In this document: in pieces, positions 26,620-39,792 of the stretch
Numbering within the stretch: position 1 is the stretch's first letter
Layout of the letters: every line of letters starts with the position of its first letter
From: the human T2T-CHM13v2.0 reference genome, Homo sapiens
Length of the DNA stretch: 64,000 bases
Strand: one strand, 5' to 3'
NCBI RefSeq assembly: GCF_009914755.1
Contig: NC_060941.1
Position numbers and translations under genes: made by a program
The notes under the pieces: generated by a model
What the model was told of the DNA's origin: nothing
The model's input: only the letters and a program-made list of their open reading frames with translations
The model's database searches: none

Positions 26620-28425
26620 ATGTGGAACCAGAAAAAAAAAATTCCGTGATAAAGTTCTCAAATGTAAATGACAGTCTACAAAGACTGAACTTTACTGTAA
26701 TAAAATTAAAAAACAAAACAAACCAATGAGCCAGGAATGCCAAGACAGATCACAGATAGGAAATGAACATTTACAAATGTTTGACATAACCTTGCTGAAG
26801 GGGGTGGGGAGGAAAAGACAAACTAAATAACTTTGGAAAAGTGTTTGACTAGATATTTAAAGGTTAATAATAAAAGTAACTTTCTCTAGTTGGAAAATTT
26901 GTTTCCCACAGTTAGCAATTCTGAAACTACTTTAAATGTATATAAGTTTAAATAAATAAGTAAATAAGTTATACAGAAGAGCCAGGTTTCTCACTGTAAG
27001 AGAACTAAATTATTAAATGAAGAAGGGTGGAAATGACAATGAAACTTTGTGGTGGCTGTAATACAATTGGAGATAGCAGTATGAACAATCATGTAAAGAA
27101 ATAAAGATTTGTGTATATACATGGGTTAGTAGCGATGCGCTTATTTTTGACCTCTGTCTACTGAAAGGCCCTAAAAACAATGATACCTCAGTAGTAACAA
27201 GCATATTCAGCAACTTAATTCTGGCTTCTAAATATTATTTCTCTGAGAACAGGAACTTAGACTTTTTGGAGAAATGGCTGATTCTAGAGTTGAGACAGGG
27301 AAAATACAAGATGAATCTGTCATATCTTTTAATTCCAGAAAGTGAACAACTGGGAAAAAAAAAATGAGTACTTACTAAAAGGTGCAGAACCCAACCTGAA
27401 AGAGCACCCAAAGTCTAAAGTTGGAACAATTTGAGCAACAAGATAAGTAACAGTAATGTTGGATTATTAACCAAAGAATAAAAAAAAATCACAAGATCAT
27501 ACTCATAGAATTAAATAATTAAAGAAAGAAAGAAATGGGGCAGGGAGGAGAAAGGACAAATCTCCCATAAAGAAGAAGAATTTTAAATAATAAAAGTAGA
27601 AAGAATAAGAGAAAAGAAAATCACCATTGTAACAACAGTTCTAACTGTGGCTGAATTTAATGAGTGACTCTTGAAGGAAAATAGGATGGTTACAAAGCCT
27701 CTAAGCATATCTCTCTCTCTCAAGATATTAATTACTTCGAGGTTTTTAACATGCTTACAAATTCTTGATATTCCTTCTTTCAGAAGTAACAGAGTAATTA
27801 TGATTCTCTTAAGTGTGGACTAGACATAATGACTCACTTTTAACACACAGAATATGAAAAGATTATAAAAGTTACTTTGCAATGGAAAAATAGGAAGATA
27901 CTACTTTCCCCATATCACTAATTATAAAGATTAATATCACTAGTAATTGGTCATGTTGGTATCTTATATCTCCTGATAAAATGCAATGAAAAGGTATTTC
28001 ATCTCTGTGTTATTTTCCAGAAATATTCATAATTTCAGTCTAATCATAAAAAATCAGATAAACTCAAATTGAGAGTTATTGTATAATATGTGTGCACAGT
28101 GCTTTTCTAACATGACACTAAAAATAAAGACAAACTGAAAAACTATTATAAATTGCAGGAGAAAAGGAGACATTGTTACTAAATGTAACATGGTATCCTG
28201 AATTGGAGGCTGGAACAAAAAAAACGATATCACTGGAAATACTAGTAAAATCCAAATAAGGTCTGAAGCTTAATTAATAAAAATAAACCCCAATGTTAAT
28301 TTTTTACTTTTTCTAAAACTATCAAGATTATGTACATTGTTAGTATTAGAGGACGCTGGGGTAAGGGCATATGGACATTCTCTGCACTATCTTTTCAACT
28401 CTACAATAAAATTAAAATTGTATAT
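26620..28425 (+). mobile_element. L1MC/L1MD-type 3' end
   Basis: ggagaaatggctgattctagag...; actaaatgtaacatggtatcctgaattgga...; gggtaagggcatatggacattctctgcactatcttttcaact. Confidence 0.75.
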
Positions 28426-28549
28426 ATAAATATTTTATGAGTAAGATATATCTTTTGTCTAGGCACAGTATGACATAAAGATGTTGGAGATTTGAATCTG
28501 TGGCCATTCACCATGTTGGTTATTTTATTATGTCTTGGGCCATTTTCAA

Positions 28550-28725
28550 ATTTGGTTTAGTGATTAAGAGTTTGGACCCTGGAGTTAGACTAATGAGTTG
28601 TGTAACCATGCATACATAACTAATTTCTCCAAAACTCAGAGAATAATGATAGTAACAATAATAATACCTAACTCATACAATTATGGTAAGGAAGCAATGA
28701 GACTGTACCTATAAATCAACTAGTA
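28550..28725 (+). mobile_element. MIR (interrupted by AluY)
   Basis: tagtgattaagagtttggaccctggagttagac...taatacctaactcataca. Confidence 0.6.
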
Positions 28726-28732
28726 CCGTAAC

Positions 28733-29029
<297 letters not shown>

Positions 29030-29155
29030 GTAAGTTTTACATACGAAACATCGAAGGCATTTTAGCTACTATCAATATTGTTATGGCTATTATCATAATA
29101 CTTACCGTTGTCAGGATTTAGTAGTAAAACCCCTTAAATACATAGGACCTCTATG

Positions 29156-29295
29156 CTTGTTTGGGTGACACTGAAATTTAGATTTCAGGGAAGTAAAGAA
29201 GTCAAGAAATGGGAAAGTGATGATGACTTTAAATCACAGTAAGTGGTAGAACACTTTCATCACCGGGGCCTGTGTAAAGGAAGACAAAGGTGTGT
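29156..29295 (+). repeat. 140-bp local direct repeat, copy 1 (probable donor)
   Basis: About 95% identical (6 substitutions + 1 indel by eye) to 30446-30584. Confidence 0.95.
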
Positions 29296-30334
29296 GTGGG
29301 TATAGAAGTTGAGGTGGAGCAAGAAGCACTGCCTCTGGTAGCAGGTGCGGCTTCCGTCATTTACTGAGCAAGCATTTATCATTCATTTTTTGATGTTTGC
29401 TTTCTATTAATTAAGTAAAAGAAAACTTATTAAATGTTCGGCGTCTTATTAGGTGCATAATAGATCCGTAAACTGGTAGCGGCCTCCCTTCCTTCTACTT
29501 TATCGTTTTTAGAAGGAAATGTTTATGAAAGTCTTCTTATGCATCATGCATGGATGTTGGTGGGAAAGAGGCCAAGCTGAAGAAGATATAGACCTTGTTA
29601 ACAAGAAAGTCATGAACTTCTGTATGCGACCATACTAATAAGGGAAAGTACGGAAATCAACAGATATATTCCCCACCATTAGAGAACTAACAATTTATAA
29701 ACCAGCCTGAAAAAAGATCAGTTATTTCTTATTATTAACCCTTTTCAAATTAAACAAAAAAGACTAGCAATTAAACATGTAACTTTTTCAAAGTATCCTT
29801 TGGGGTAAAGAGAAGGCCTGGGAAGATGATTTGACATGAGCTTTATTTAGAAAACTATCATCCCGGGTGTTAGGTTTTTATTCTGTGACTACACGTAAAT
29901 ATTTTATAAATATAAATAAAGTTTGCTAACCTGGAGTTTCCTTACCTAGTAGAGTCTGCACAAAAATCTTTTTGCTGTTCGGCAGTAAAGAGGGAGCTGC
30001 CAAAAGGGTCAGATTTTAGACTGGGTATGGTAAGTCTTAATTGAGACTTCCATGTGGGAAAGCTCACAGAAGAAAGGTATTATCATGTAAATACAGGGTC
30101 TTGAAGCCTCCATGATAATTCAGAATGTATTTGCCACATGTTAGTAATGGATGAGGTGTACCAATTTTGAAATTTAATCAACACTAACAATTGGCATTAC
30201 TGATAACTTACTGTTAACTAGCAATTCATGATATACTTTATCTGCAGTATCTCGTTGAACTCTGCCAACCACGTTTAACTTTATTATCTCCATTTAGAAT
30301 GTGAAAACTGAGCTTTGAGAGGCAAAGTGTGAGT

Positions 30335-30810
30335 AGACTCTGCTAATATCAATTCTTCCTTTCTTATTTATAATTGGAAGCCCAAATGATTAAGGACAAT
30401 AATGTTTACAGACCAAAAAAAATCACTTTTTTTGAATTGAACTTCCTTGTGTGGGTGACACTGCAATTTAGATTTCAGGGAAGTAAGAAATCAATAAATG
30501 GGAAAGTGATGATGACTTTAAATCACAGTAAGTGGTAGAACACTGTCATCACTGGGGCCTGTGTAAAGGAAGACAAAGGTGTGTTTAGGCATGACCATGT
30601 CACTCATTTCTACCCAGTAAGGTGTAAGCAAAAGTTGCTTGGAGGGGCTTTCAGGAAAGCTTAAAAGAAAAAAGGATTTGGCTAATATATTTTCCTCAGT
30701 TTTTGCCTTTTACCCTTTACCATTCCTTTTATTCTTGTCTGAAATATGGCTGTAATGCCTGAATATCCAGCAGCTACCTGATGATCATGAGAATAATGAC
30801 CACATAATAA
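30335..30810 (+). mobile_element. MLT1 (K/J-like) MaLR LTR, split by the 140-bp duplicate
   Basis: ...acttccttg | insert | taggcatgaccatgtcactcatttctacccagtaaggtgtaagcaaaagt...gctttcaggaaagc...tgtaatgcctgaatatccagcagc. Confidence 0.65.
30446..30584 (+). repeat. 140-bp local direct repeat, copy 2 (inserted in MLT1)
   Basis: Near-identical to 29156-29295. Confidence 0.95.
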
Positions 30811-31254
30811 ATATTGAGGAAAATCAAAATAAAAGAAACAATTTTTAAAATCATTTATGCTTTGTTTCATTGGTACTTTTACATAATATATGCATGTACT
30901 GTTACTTTTATAATGTATTTTAAAAATTGTGCCAAGGTTATTTAAAGGAGAGTTTTCTTTCCTTTATTCTTCATTGGCAGATTGTGTCTTCTATGGTTGA
31001 GATTATTTTCTGGTTTTATGTGATTGTGTGTAGGAATATTGCACCTTCCCTTTTATTTCTTTTTTATTTTTACTTTGTTTTGTAAATCTTCAAAGATATT
31101 TATCGATAGCCTCTTTTTTGAACATCATATAATTTACATCAGGAAATGATAAAAAATAGGAGCTCCTTTGTCATCTTTCTAACAGGACTGTCAGGAAAAT
31201 CATATTTGTGAATTTAATTTTAGTTCCTAATGTGTCCATCATTTAATTTTTAAC

Positions 31255-33942
31255 TTAAGTTTTTTTCACTTTTATTTTAGGTTTAGGGGTTCATGTGCAA
31301 GTTTGTTATATAGATAAATTGAGCATTCTGGGGGTTTGGTGTGCAGATTATTTTGTCCTGCAGGTAATCAGCATAGTACCCAAAGGTGGTGTTTCAGTCC
31401 TTATCCTCTTCCCACTCTCTACCCTCGAGTAGGACCTGACATCTGTTGCTCCCTTCTTTGTGCCCATATGTACTAAATGTTTAGCTCCCACTTATAAGTG
31501 AGAATATGTAATATTTGGTTTTCTGTTTCTGTATTAGTTTGCTTAGTATAATGGCCTCCAGCTCCATCCATGTTGCTGCAAAGAACATGATCTCATTCTT
31601 TTTTATAGCTGCATAGTATTCCATGGTGCATATGTAACACAATTCCTTTATCCAGTCTACTATTGATGGCATTTAGGTTTATTCCATGTCTTTCCTATCG
31701 TGAAGAGTGCTACGAACATACAAATGCCCATGTCTCTATGGTAGAACAATTAATATTTCTTTAAGTATATACCCAATAATAGAATTGCTGGGTTAAATGG
31801 CAATTTCTGTTTTAAGTTCTTTGAGAAATCACAAAACCACTTTCCACAATGGCTGAACTAATTTACATTGCCACCAGCAGTGTATAACCATTCTTTTTTT
31901 CTCTACAACCTTGCCAGCATTTGTTAGTTTTTGACTTTTAAATAATAGCCATTCTGACTAATGTGAGATGGTATCTGTTTTAGTCCGTTCTGACACTGCT
32001 ATAAAGGAATACCTGAGACTGGGTAACATATGAAGAAAAGAGATTTAATTGACTCACAATTCCACAGGCTATACAAGAAGCATGCCTGGGAGGCCTCAGG
32101 ACTTTTAAAATCATGGTGGAAGATGAAGGTGAAGCAAGCACATCTTATCATGGTGGAGCAGGAGAGAGAGAATGAAGGAGTCGTGCTACACACTCTTAAA
32201 CAATTAGATCTCATGAGAGCTCACTCACTATCATGAGAACAGCAAGAGGAAATCTGCTCCCCTGATCCAATCACCTCCCACCAGGCCCCACCTCCAACCC
32301 TCAGGATTACAATTCAACATGAGATTTGAGCTGGGACACAGAGCCAAACGACATCAGTATTTCATTTTGGGTTTGATTTGCATTGCTCTAATGATTAGTG
32401 GTGTTGAGCATGTTTTCATATGCTTGTTGGCTGCATGTATGTCTTCTTTTGAAAAGTGTCTGTTCAATGTCCTTTGCTCACTTTTTAATGGGGTTGTTTT
32501 TTGCTTATAAATTTATTTAAATTCCTATGGATTCTGGATATCAGAACTTTGTCAGATGCATAATTTGCAAATATTTTCTTCCATTCTGTAGAGTGTCTAC
32601 TCTGTTGATAATTTCTTTTGCTGTGTAAAAGTCTTTAATTGAATTAAGTCCCTTTTGTCAATTTTTGCTTTTGTTACAATTGATTTTGGAATCATCATCA
32701 TGAAATCTTTGCCAGGTCGTATGTACAGAATGGTATCTCTTAGGTTATCTTCCAGAGTTTTCATAGTTTTAGGTTTTACATTTAAGTCTATCATCCTTTG
32801 TTAATTAATTTATATATATATATAGTTTAAGGAAGGGGTCTGAATTGATTTTCATATATAGTTTAAGGAAGGGGTCCAGTTTCAATCTTCTGAATATGGC
32901 TAGCCAGTAATTTTTGCACCAATTATTTAATAGGAAGTCCTTTCCCCATTGCTTGTTTTTGTCAGATTTGTGGAGATCAGATGATTTTAGGGGGTGGCAT
33001 TATTTCTGGGCTCTCTATTACATGGGTCTATGTGTCTGTTTTTATACCAGTACCATGCTGCTTTTGTTACTGTAGCCTTGTAGTATAGTTTAAAGTTTGG
33101 TAATGTGATTCCTCCAGCTTTGGTCTTTTTGCTTAGAATTGCCTTGGCTATCAGAGCTCCTTTTTGGTTCCATGTAAATTTTGAAATATTTTTTTCTAAA
33201 TCTGTGAAGAATGTAATTGATAATTTTATAGGAATAGCATTGAGTCTGTAAATTGCTTTGGGACAGTATTCCCATTTTAACAATGTTGATTCTTTCTTTT
33301 CATGAATATGAAATGTTTTTCCCTTTCTTCGTGTCATCTCTGATTTCTTTGAGCAGTGTTTTGTAGTTCTCATTGTAGAGATCTTTCACCTGTCTGGTTA
33401 GCTGTTAATAAAGTACCTGGTTAGGTATTTTATTCTTTTTTGTGGCTATTGTGAATGGGATTGCATTCTTGCTTTGGCTCTCAGATTAGATGTTGGTGTA
33501 CAGGAATGCTAGTGATTTTTGTACAATGCTTTTATATCCTGAAACTTTGGGGAAGTTGTTTATCAGATCAAAGAGCTTTTGCACAAAGACTGACTACAGA
33601 ATTTTCTAGGTAATAGTATCATATTGTCTACAAACAGAGATAGTTTGACTTCCTCTCTTCCTATTTGGGTGCCTTTTCTTTCTTTCTTTTGCCTGATTGC
33701 TCTGGCTAGGACTTCTAGTACTATGTTGAACAGGAGTGGTGAGAAAGGGTATCCAGTGTTGTGCTGGTTTTCAAGGGGAATGCTTCCAGCTTTTGCACAT
33801 TCAGCATGATGCTGGCTGTGGGTTTTTTATAGATGGCTCTTATTATTTTGAAGTATGTTCCTTCAATGCCTATTTTTTTGAGGGTTTTTATATGAAGGGA
33901 TGTTGAATTTTACATGAAGGGATGTTGAAATCCCTTTCTGCA
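31255..33942 (-). mobile_element. L1PA15/16-like, 5'-truncated (ORF2 3' part and 3'UTR), interrupted by MSTA
   Basis: 3'UTR gggggtttggtgtgcagattattttgtc...; ORF2 remnants [46 protein letters not shown]. Confidence 0.9.
31976..32356 (-). mobile_element. MSTA-like MaLR solo LTR
   Basis: tgttttagtccgttct...ctgctataaaggaatacctgagactggg...aagaagcatg...gtgctacacact...ccaaacgacatca; 5-bp TSD gtatc/gtatt. Confidence 0.85.
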
Positions 33943-35281
33943 GAAGCTACATTTCTTGATAACATTAGACTGTTTACCCTTGTTCTTTTTCTTGCATAGA
34001 ACAAATAGGCATCTTATACATTAAAAGCTCTGTGCTTATAGCCTTATAAAATCTTGCAAAAATCAGATATCTAGCACATGGAGATGACAGGATTAGAAGC
34101 CAGGCCTGTCTCACTCAAAGCCCACACAAATACTAAGCTACCTTGCCAATTTAGTTTGTTTTGTTGTTGTGTGCTTTCTCACTCTATTTTGACCAGTCCA
34201 ACAAATCTTAAATTATTGAAGTTCTAATATGTTCAGACAATTTTAGAAACTCTCATTATTTCACAGCATGAATTTGGTTTGGAATTTCAATTATCTTAAA
34301 ACAGAATGATTTGCATGTACAATTCCTGATTAAAATGGCATGAGATTATCAAATAGAGAAATAGAGAATGTTTATAAGCATTCAAAAATTGATTGCTACA
34401 GTCTCTTTCTTTTCTAAGAATCAATGTCTTTGAGCTATTGTGAGAAAAAAGTTTGGGACTACAGTGTCCCCTACCAAACTGGGAAGAAGCCAAGAGACCA
34501 AACTATGATTCAGAAAAGTCTAACTTGATGAGTAGATGAATTTATTAGGACTTACATACACTCTTGGATAACATCAGTACAGCTGTAGAGATCTGTGCCA
34601 CTTCCTGTCTCTAAATTGCTTTTAAGCTAATTTTCTGTGTCTGTCTCTGTCTCTTTGCCTACTGTGTTTGAGTGATGAGACTGTTTTCCTTGGTAGGTTC
34701 TCATATATTTTCTGGAATGTTTAGGTTCTCAGGGAAACCTGCTCCTCTATTGGACACCATGGCCTTGGCTCACTGCCAAGTCTTCAGGGTTCAGACAGCA
34801 GACATTCACTTGTGAGTAACCTGGTGGGAGACCCATCCCACTACAATCCACCCTGTTCCCCAGCTCTTATATTTTTTTGCCAATCTTATGTGAGTGTCCC
34901 TCAACAGCATACAAGGGGAAGAACTATATGTGCCTATAATGTATACCCATGGCTTTTGTGTATAGGCTATACCTATATCCTATATAACAGCATTAAAAGC
35001 TGAAAATAACTACAATTATGATGCCTGTTAGCAAAACATAACTCCAATGAATAGGTAAGGTGTCTAACTAATTTGAGAATGAGTCAAAGAGACCTAATTG
35101 GTTGTATCATGGATCTGAGTTGACAAATGATTTAAAGCATTTATGACATTATAATTTTCTTTATCTGGGATACAGGCACAACAGGTAGCACCTATAAGGG
35201 CACATGTTGTTTGTTCTCCATTGAGTTGCCTATCAGGCCTCCAGGTGGAAAAAATCCCCAGTGAGCCCAGGTTGTATTTTA

Positions 35282-35470
35282 GGTGTTGTTTATCCAGTTA
35301 TTCTAGCTCTGTAGAGAGAATGGCAGAATGTTCTAAGGCATACCATCATCATTTGTTAGGGGAAGGTATCTATATATGCAACAATCAGACTGGTTGTTGA
35401 CTGCTGCCATATTTGCAACCCAGTCCAAAAAAGGTGCTACCAGCTGCCATGAGTACCAGGAACAACAGCC
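35282..35470 (-). pseudogene. Decayed retroviral env N-terminus (signal peptide + CWxC-type SU motif)
   Basis: LLFLVLMAAGSTF / (frameshift) LDWVANMAAVNNQSDCCIYRYLPLTNDDGMP*NILPFSLQS*NNW; restoring TAG>TGG and two point changes gives NxSxCWIC..LP....GMPW. Confidence 0.6.
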
Positions 35471-35678
35471 TATGGGTATAAACACAAGTGTTTAGTGAGG
35501 ACCATCATGGATATATTTATTTTAGCATCATTAGCATTGAATTTGTATCCATTGGCCCTATTAGGTGGCCACTGTGGGCTTGAGGCCTGGCTTACAGTAC
35601 TAGCTTCCCTCCATAGAAGTGGGATAATAGCCAATTGATAAGTTTTGGGCCTTGTCCATGCTACCCGCATGATGATCA

Positions 35679-36052
<374 letters not shown>

Positions 36053-36103
36053 AAGCACAACTGGGACCAGCTGCCCTCTGGCAGGCTTCACGGCACCCTC
36101 TGG

Positions 36104-36157
36104 TGCAACCATACCATGACAGATGGTGGGGCTGTACAGGTACCCTTGTGGTAGCAC
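36104..36157 (-). pseudogene. Reverse transcriptase remnant (LPQG motif, class III type)
   Basis: VLPQGYLYSPTICHGMVA, typical of ERV-L/HERV-S RT (LPQGYxxSPxxCH). Confidence 0.8.
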
Positions 36158-37865
36158 CTGGAAAGCCTATTGTTGGACCTTTTAAGTAAAAGCAAACTGG
36201 TCCTGTTACCTTTTTGCTAAAGGAAAACTGGAAAAAGCATTAGCCAAGACTTTCACAGTATGGATATTATCCACCTTAAGGATCACCTGCTCTATATTTT
36301 CCATTAATGATTTCAGAAGTGTCACCAATGCCCCATATCATAACCTTTTTAAAATTTGAAATGACCCAGACAGTTAATTAGTACTTAAAACAATTTTAAG
36401 ATTTTTAAACCATACAAAAGTTCTACCTACTGGCATTTGTCTCATTTATATTTACTCAATTTATTTATATTTAGAAGTTTACCTCGATTACTCATGAGAA
36501 CCAAGACAATAGACAAAGCTAGTCATCATTTCAAGTGATTTTACAGTTAGCCATTTTCATAGCCTGTGAATATCAGGTGTTTATTTAAGCAAAGTCCTTA
36601 AAGTTAAACACACAGGCATTTTGGCAGTAACTCAGAAACTTTAGCTAATTTAATTGGACTAAAAATATTCAATTAGTTTTACTTATCAAAAAAATCACAA
36701 AAACGAAGACTATTCTGGTCTTGGATAATTATATTCATAACCTTTATTTCAAACTCTGACATTTTATAATATTTAGCTGAGGCCAATATAAAACTCTAAT
36801 CAGTAAACCCAGAAAAAATTATGTTGACAATTCTAAAGACATTTTTCTTTTACTAATAATTTTAAAGCCAGATTATTTATTAAAAATTACTTAATCAACA
36901 TGTACTTTAAAAATTTGGACATAATTTATAGGTACTCATGTACTTACAAGTCATTTGGTACCATGATAGATATAATATAGAACATAATACACATACAAAA
37001 ACATAAAAATGTAATACTTGTATACAGACACACAAACAAAAATCCAATAGCTTTTACCTTCGAACTCTAGACATGAGACACCACCACAAACTCTTTATTT
37101 TACAAAGATTTCTAGATCCAAATTACTTCTAACAAAATTGAGATCCGAAAATATGGTTAAACTTTGTTTGCTCTTATAGGTAATTCAATGAAGTCTGTGG
37201 ACCAAAATTTTGGATAGAGCAGTTTCTATAGAAGTTTGATTATGAAAACCTGTTTTACTCTTTTGTTTCCCTCGATTTCAAATGATTTTTAATGTCTACA
37301 TTTCAGTTAGAATTGGCCAAACTGTATAAGAAAAATGATATCCCAAAATGGCCTTGAATTAGTGAGTTTTTTCTCCACACAAGTAGCTTAATAATAGCAT
37401 ATTCAAATAAGGCAGGAAATGAAAGAGAGAAATAGAGAACTTTAGAAGAATCTACTTAACTCTATAGTTGCAGCTTAACCATTTGAGCTCCGAACTTTTC
37501 TTTTGTAATTTGCTCATCAGTTTTAAAATGTACACAAAAATGAGCCATAATATGTAACCAGCTAGAGTCCTAGAAAACCCGGCATGCCTTTCATCTTCTG
37601 CTGGAGTTTCAATCCTTTCTCCCATTTCTGCTCTGCTCTATTTCTCGGTAGCCAGACTAACTGCAACAACAGTGTGCTTGCTGTTCTTATCATACTTTAA
37701 TATATTAGCTATTAAATATTTATAATACATGCTCAGTCCCCACTGGCATTTTCTGAGCATTCCCATATTCACATATCAGCTCACAGCAGTTGAGCAGTTG
37801 GGCGACTCATTTCACATGCATGTTGCTGACCACCTCAGGATTCCCTCCACACTGACTCATCTGTG

Positions 37866-37883
37866 GTTCTATTCGTGATGCCA
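37866..37883 (-). other. Primer-binding site, tRNA-Ser-like
   Basis: TGGCATCACGAATAGAAC begins 2 nt after the 5' LTR; 14/18 match to TGGCGTCACGAACAGGAT, the complement of a tRNA-Ser(CGA) 3' end as recalled. Confidence 0.65.
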
Positions 37884-38240
37884 ATTGTTACAAGAAAAGC
37901 TTAAGACTGTAATGTTCCCCACCAAACTGGGAAGGAGCCAAGAGACCAAAGACTGACTCAGACAAGTTCAGCTTAATGAATAGATGAGTTTATTAGGACT
38001 TACATTTGGGCACTCCTGGATGGTCACAGGACAGTTGTAGAGATCCACACTGACTCCCATCTCAAAACTGCTTTTAAGCTAATTTTCTAGGTGTTTGCCT
38101 ACTGTGTTTGACTGATGAGGCTGTTTTTTTGGTAGGTTCTCATATATTTTCTGGGATGTTTGGGTTCTCATGCATACCTGCTCCTTGGTTGAATAGCATA
38201 GCCTTAGCTCACTGCCCAAGCTTCAGAGTTCAAGCAGTGG

Positions 38241-38351
38241 ACATACACCCTTAAGTAACCTAGTGGGTATCTTGCCACAATATAGGAGCTTAAGTAACAT
38301 ACATACACCCTTAAGTAACCTAGTAAGTATCATGCCACAATACATGAGCTT
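38241..38351. repeat. 60-bp-period tandem duplication spanning the provirus outer end and TSD
   Basis: acatacacccttaagtaacctagt...gccacaata.a.gagct at 38241 and 38301. Confidence 0.9.
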
Positions 38352-38592
38352 CAGATTTTTCTGTGTTATTGACATGATATTAGAGGAAAAAGAAGCTCTT
38401 GGATAGAATGGCAATGATAACATTTCTCCAACCCTACATAAATCCTACAAAAAGTTAAGTGAGAAAGGTCCAGTTTCACTCTCATTCCTAATACAAAGCC
38501 TGCTGAGTGAAAATGGTCATGAGAAGCTTGTTCACAGTAAAGACTATGGACAACAGTCAGTCTACCTCCATTAATAAAATATAGACTACCTT

Positions 38593-38904
38593 GGCCGTGA
38601 GCGGTGGCTCATGCCTGTAATCCCAGCACTTTGGGAGGCCGAGGTGGGCGGATCAGGAGGTCAGCAGATTGAGACCATCCTGGCTAACACGGTGAAACCC
38701 CATCTCTACTAAAAATACAAAAATTAGCCAGGTGTGGTGGTGGGCGCCTGTAGTCCCAGCTACTCGGGAGGCTGAGGCAGGAGAATGGCGGGTGAACCTG
38801 GGAGGCAGAGCTTGCAGTGAGCCGAGATCACGCCACTGCACTCCAGGCTGGGTGACAGAGTCTCAAAATAAATAAATAAATAAAAATAAAAACGAAATAA
38901 ATAA
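38593..38904 (+). mobile_element. AluY
   Basis: catcctggctaacacggtg, agagcttgcag; 20-bp TSD aataaaatatagactacctt at 38573-38592 and 38905-38924. Confidence 0.95.
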
Positions 38905-39209
38905 AATAAAATATAGACTACCTTGCAGTTTGGCCTATGTGCAGAGGACAGATGATAGCAGCTATTGTACATTTCTACAATTGGAAGAATGTGAGTGAGA
39001 AGGGGAAAAATTAATGCATCAACCATATCTTAAGCTCAAACTCATATGTAAGAAGTCCTCAATATAATGGTGGCCATAACCACGTTTTCAGAAAAAAAAA
39101 AAATTATGGCCAGTGAAAATGATTCTGAGAGCATCTACTTATTTTAGAAAATACATATTAAAAAGGGGGTATTTATACCTAAATTCAGGTCTTTTACTTT
39201 TTTTGTGTG

Positions 39210-39792
39210 TTTTTAAAAAATCGTTATTGGATAATACATTCACAGGGTTCAGAATTCAAAAAGTACTACAGAATTTGCAGTGAAAAGCTTTTTTTCAGGT
39301 AATTTGTGTTAGCATTGACTTGTGTATCTTTTCAGAGATACCTGTATATATTCAAGCACATAAGCACTAACTCTACTACCTCCACACTTTTTCGAGAATG
39401 GCATATTTTAATCCTTTTTTTTGCATTCTGGAATTATCATGTAAAATTTATTGTGGAGATTGCTCCATATTAGTACATTAAACATTCGCTCATTTTTATA
39501 ACAACTTTTTAAAAATTTTAAAATGTAGCACATAGAGGTAAGACTACTTAACATATAAATTTATAGTTTCAATAATAATAATAACACAAGCACTTACCAC
39601 CCAGGTGAGTAAAATAGTAACCCAGGTTAAGAAATAGTATAATTCTAGGGATTTAGAACCCCCGGGTGATCCTCCTTAGTAGCATCTGTCTCCATTTGAA
39701 ACCTCTCAGAGGCATTCACTGTCTTGAATTTTGTTACTTAATTTTTAAAATAAATTTGCCACCCACATATATATCCTTAAATAATATATTAA
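39210..39792 (-). mobile_element. L1ME-type 3' fragments
   Basis: taatacattcacagggttcagaattcaaaaagtac; ggagattgctccatattagtacat; cactgtcttgaattttgt. Confidence 0.5.

Noticed and set aside
29156-29295. Duplicated unit as a C/D-box snoRNA (GTGATGA on both strands, CTGA on minus)
   Set aside because: No terminal stem closing the C and D boxes and no recognisable rRNA antisense element. snoscan or Infernal would settle it.
32987-33373. 128-aa ORF
   Set aside because: Frameshifted L1 ORF2 remnant.
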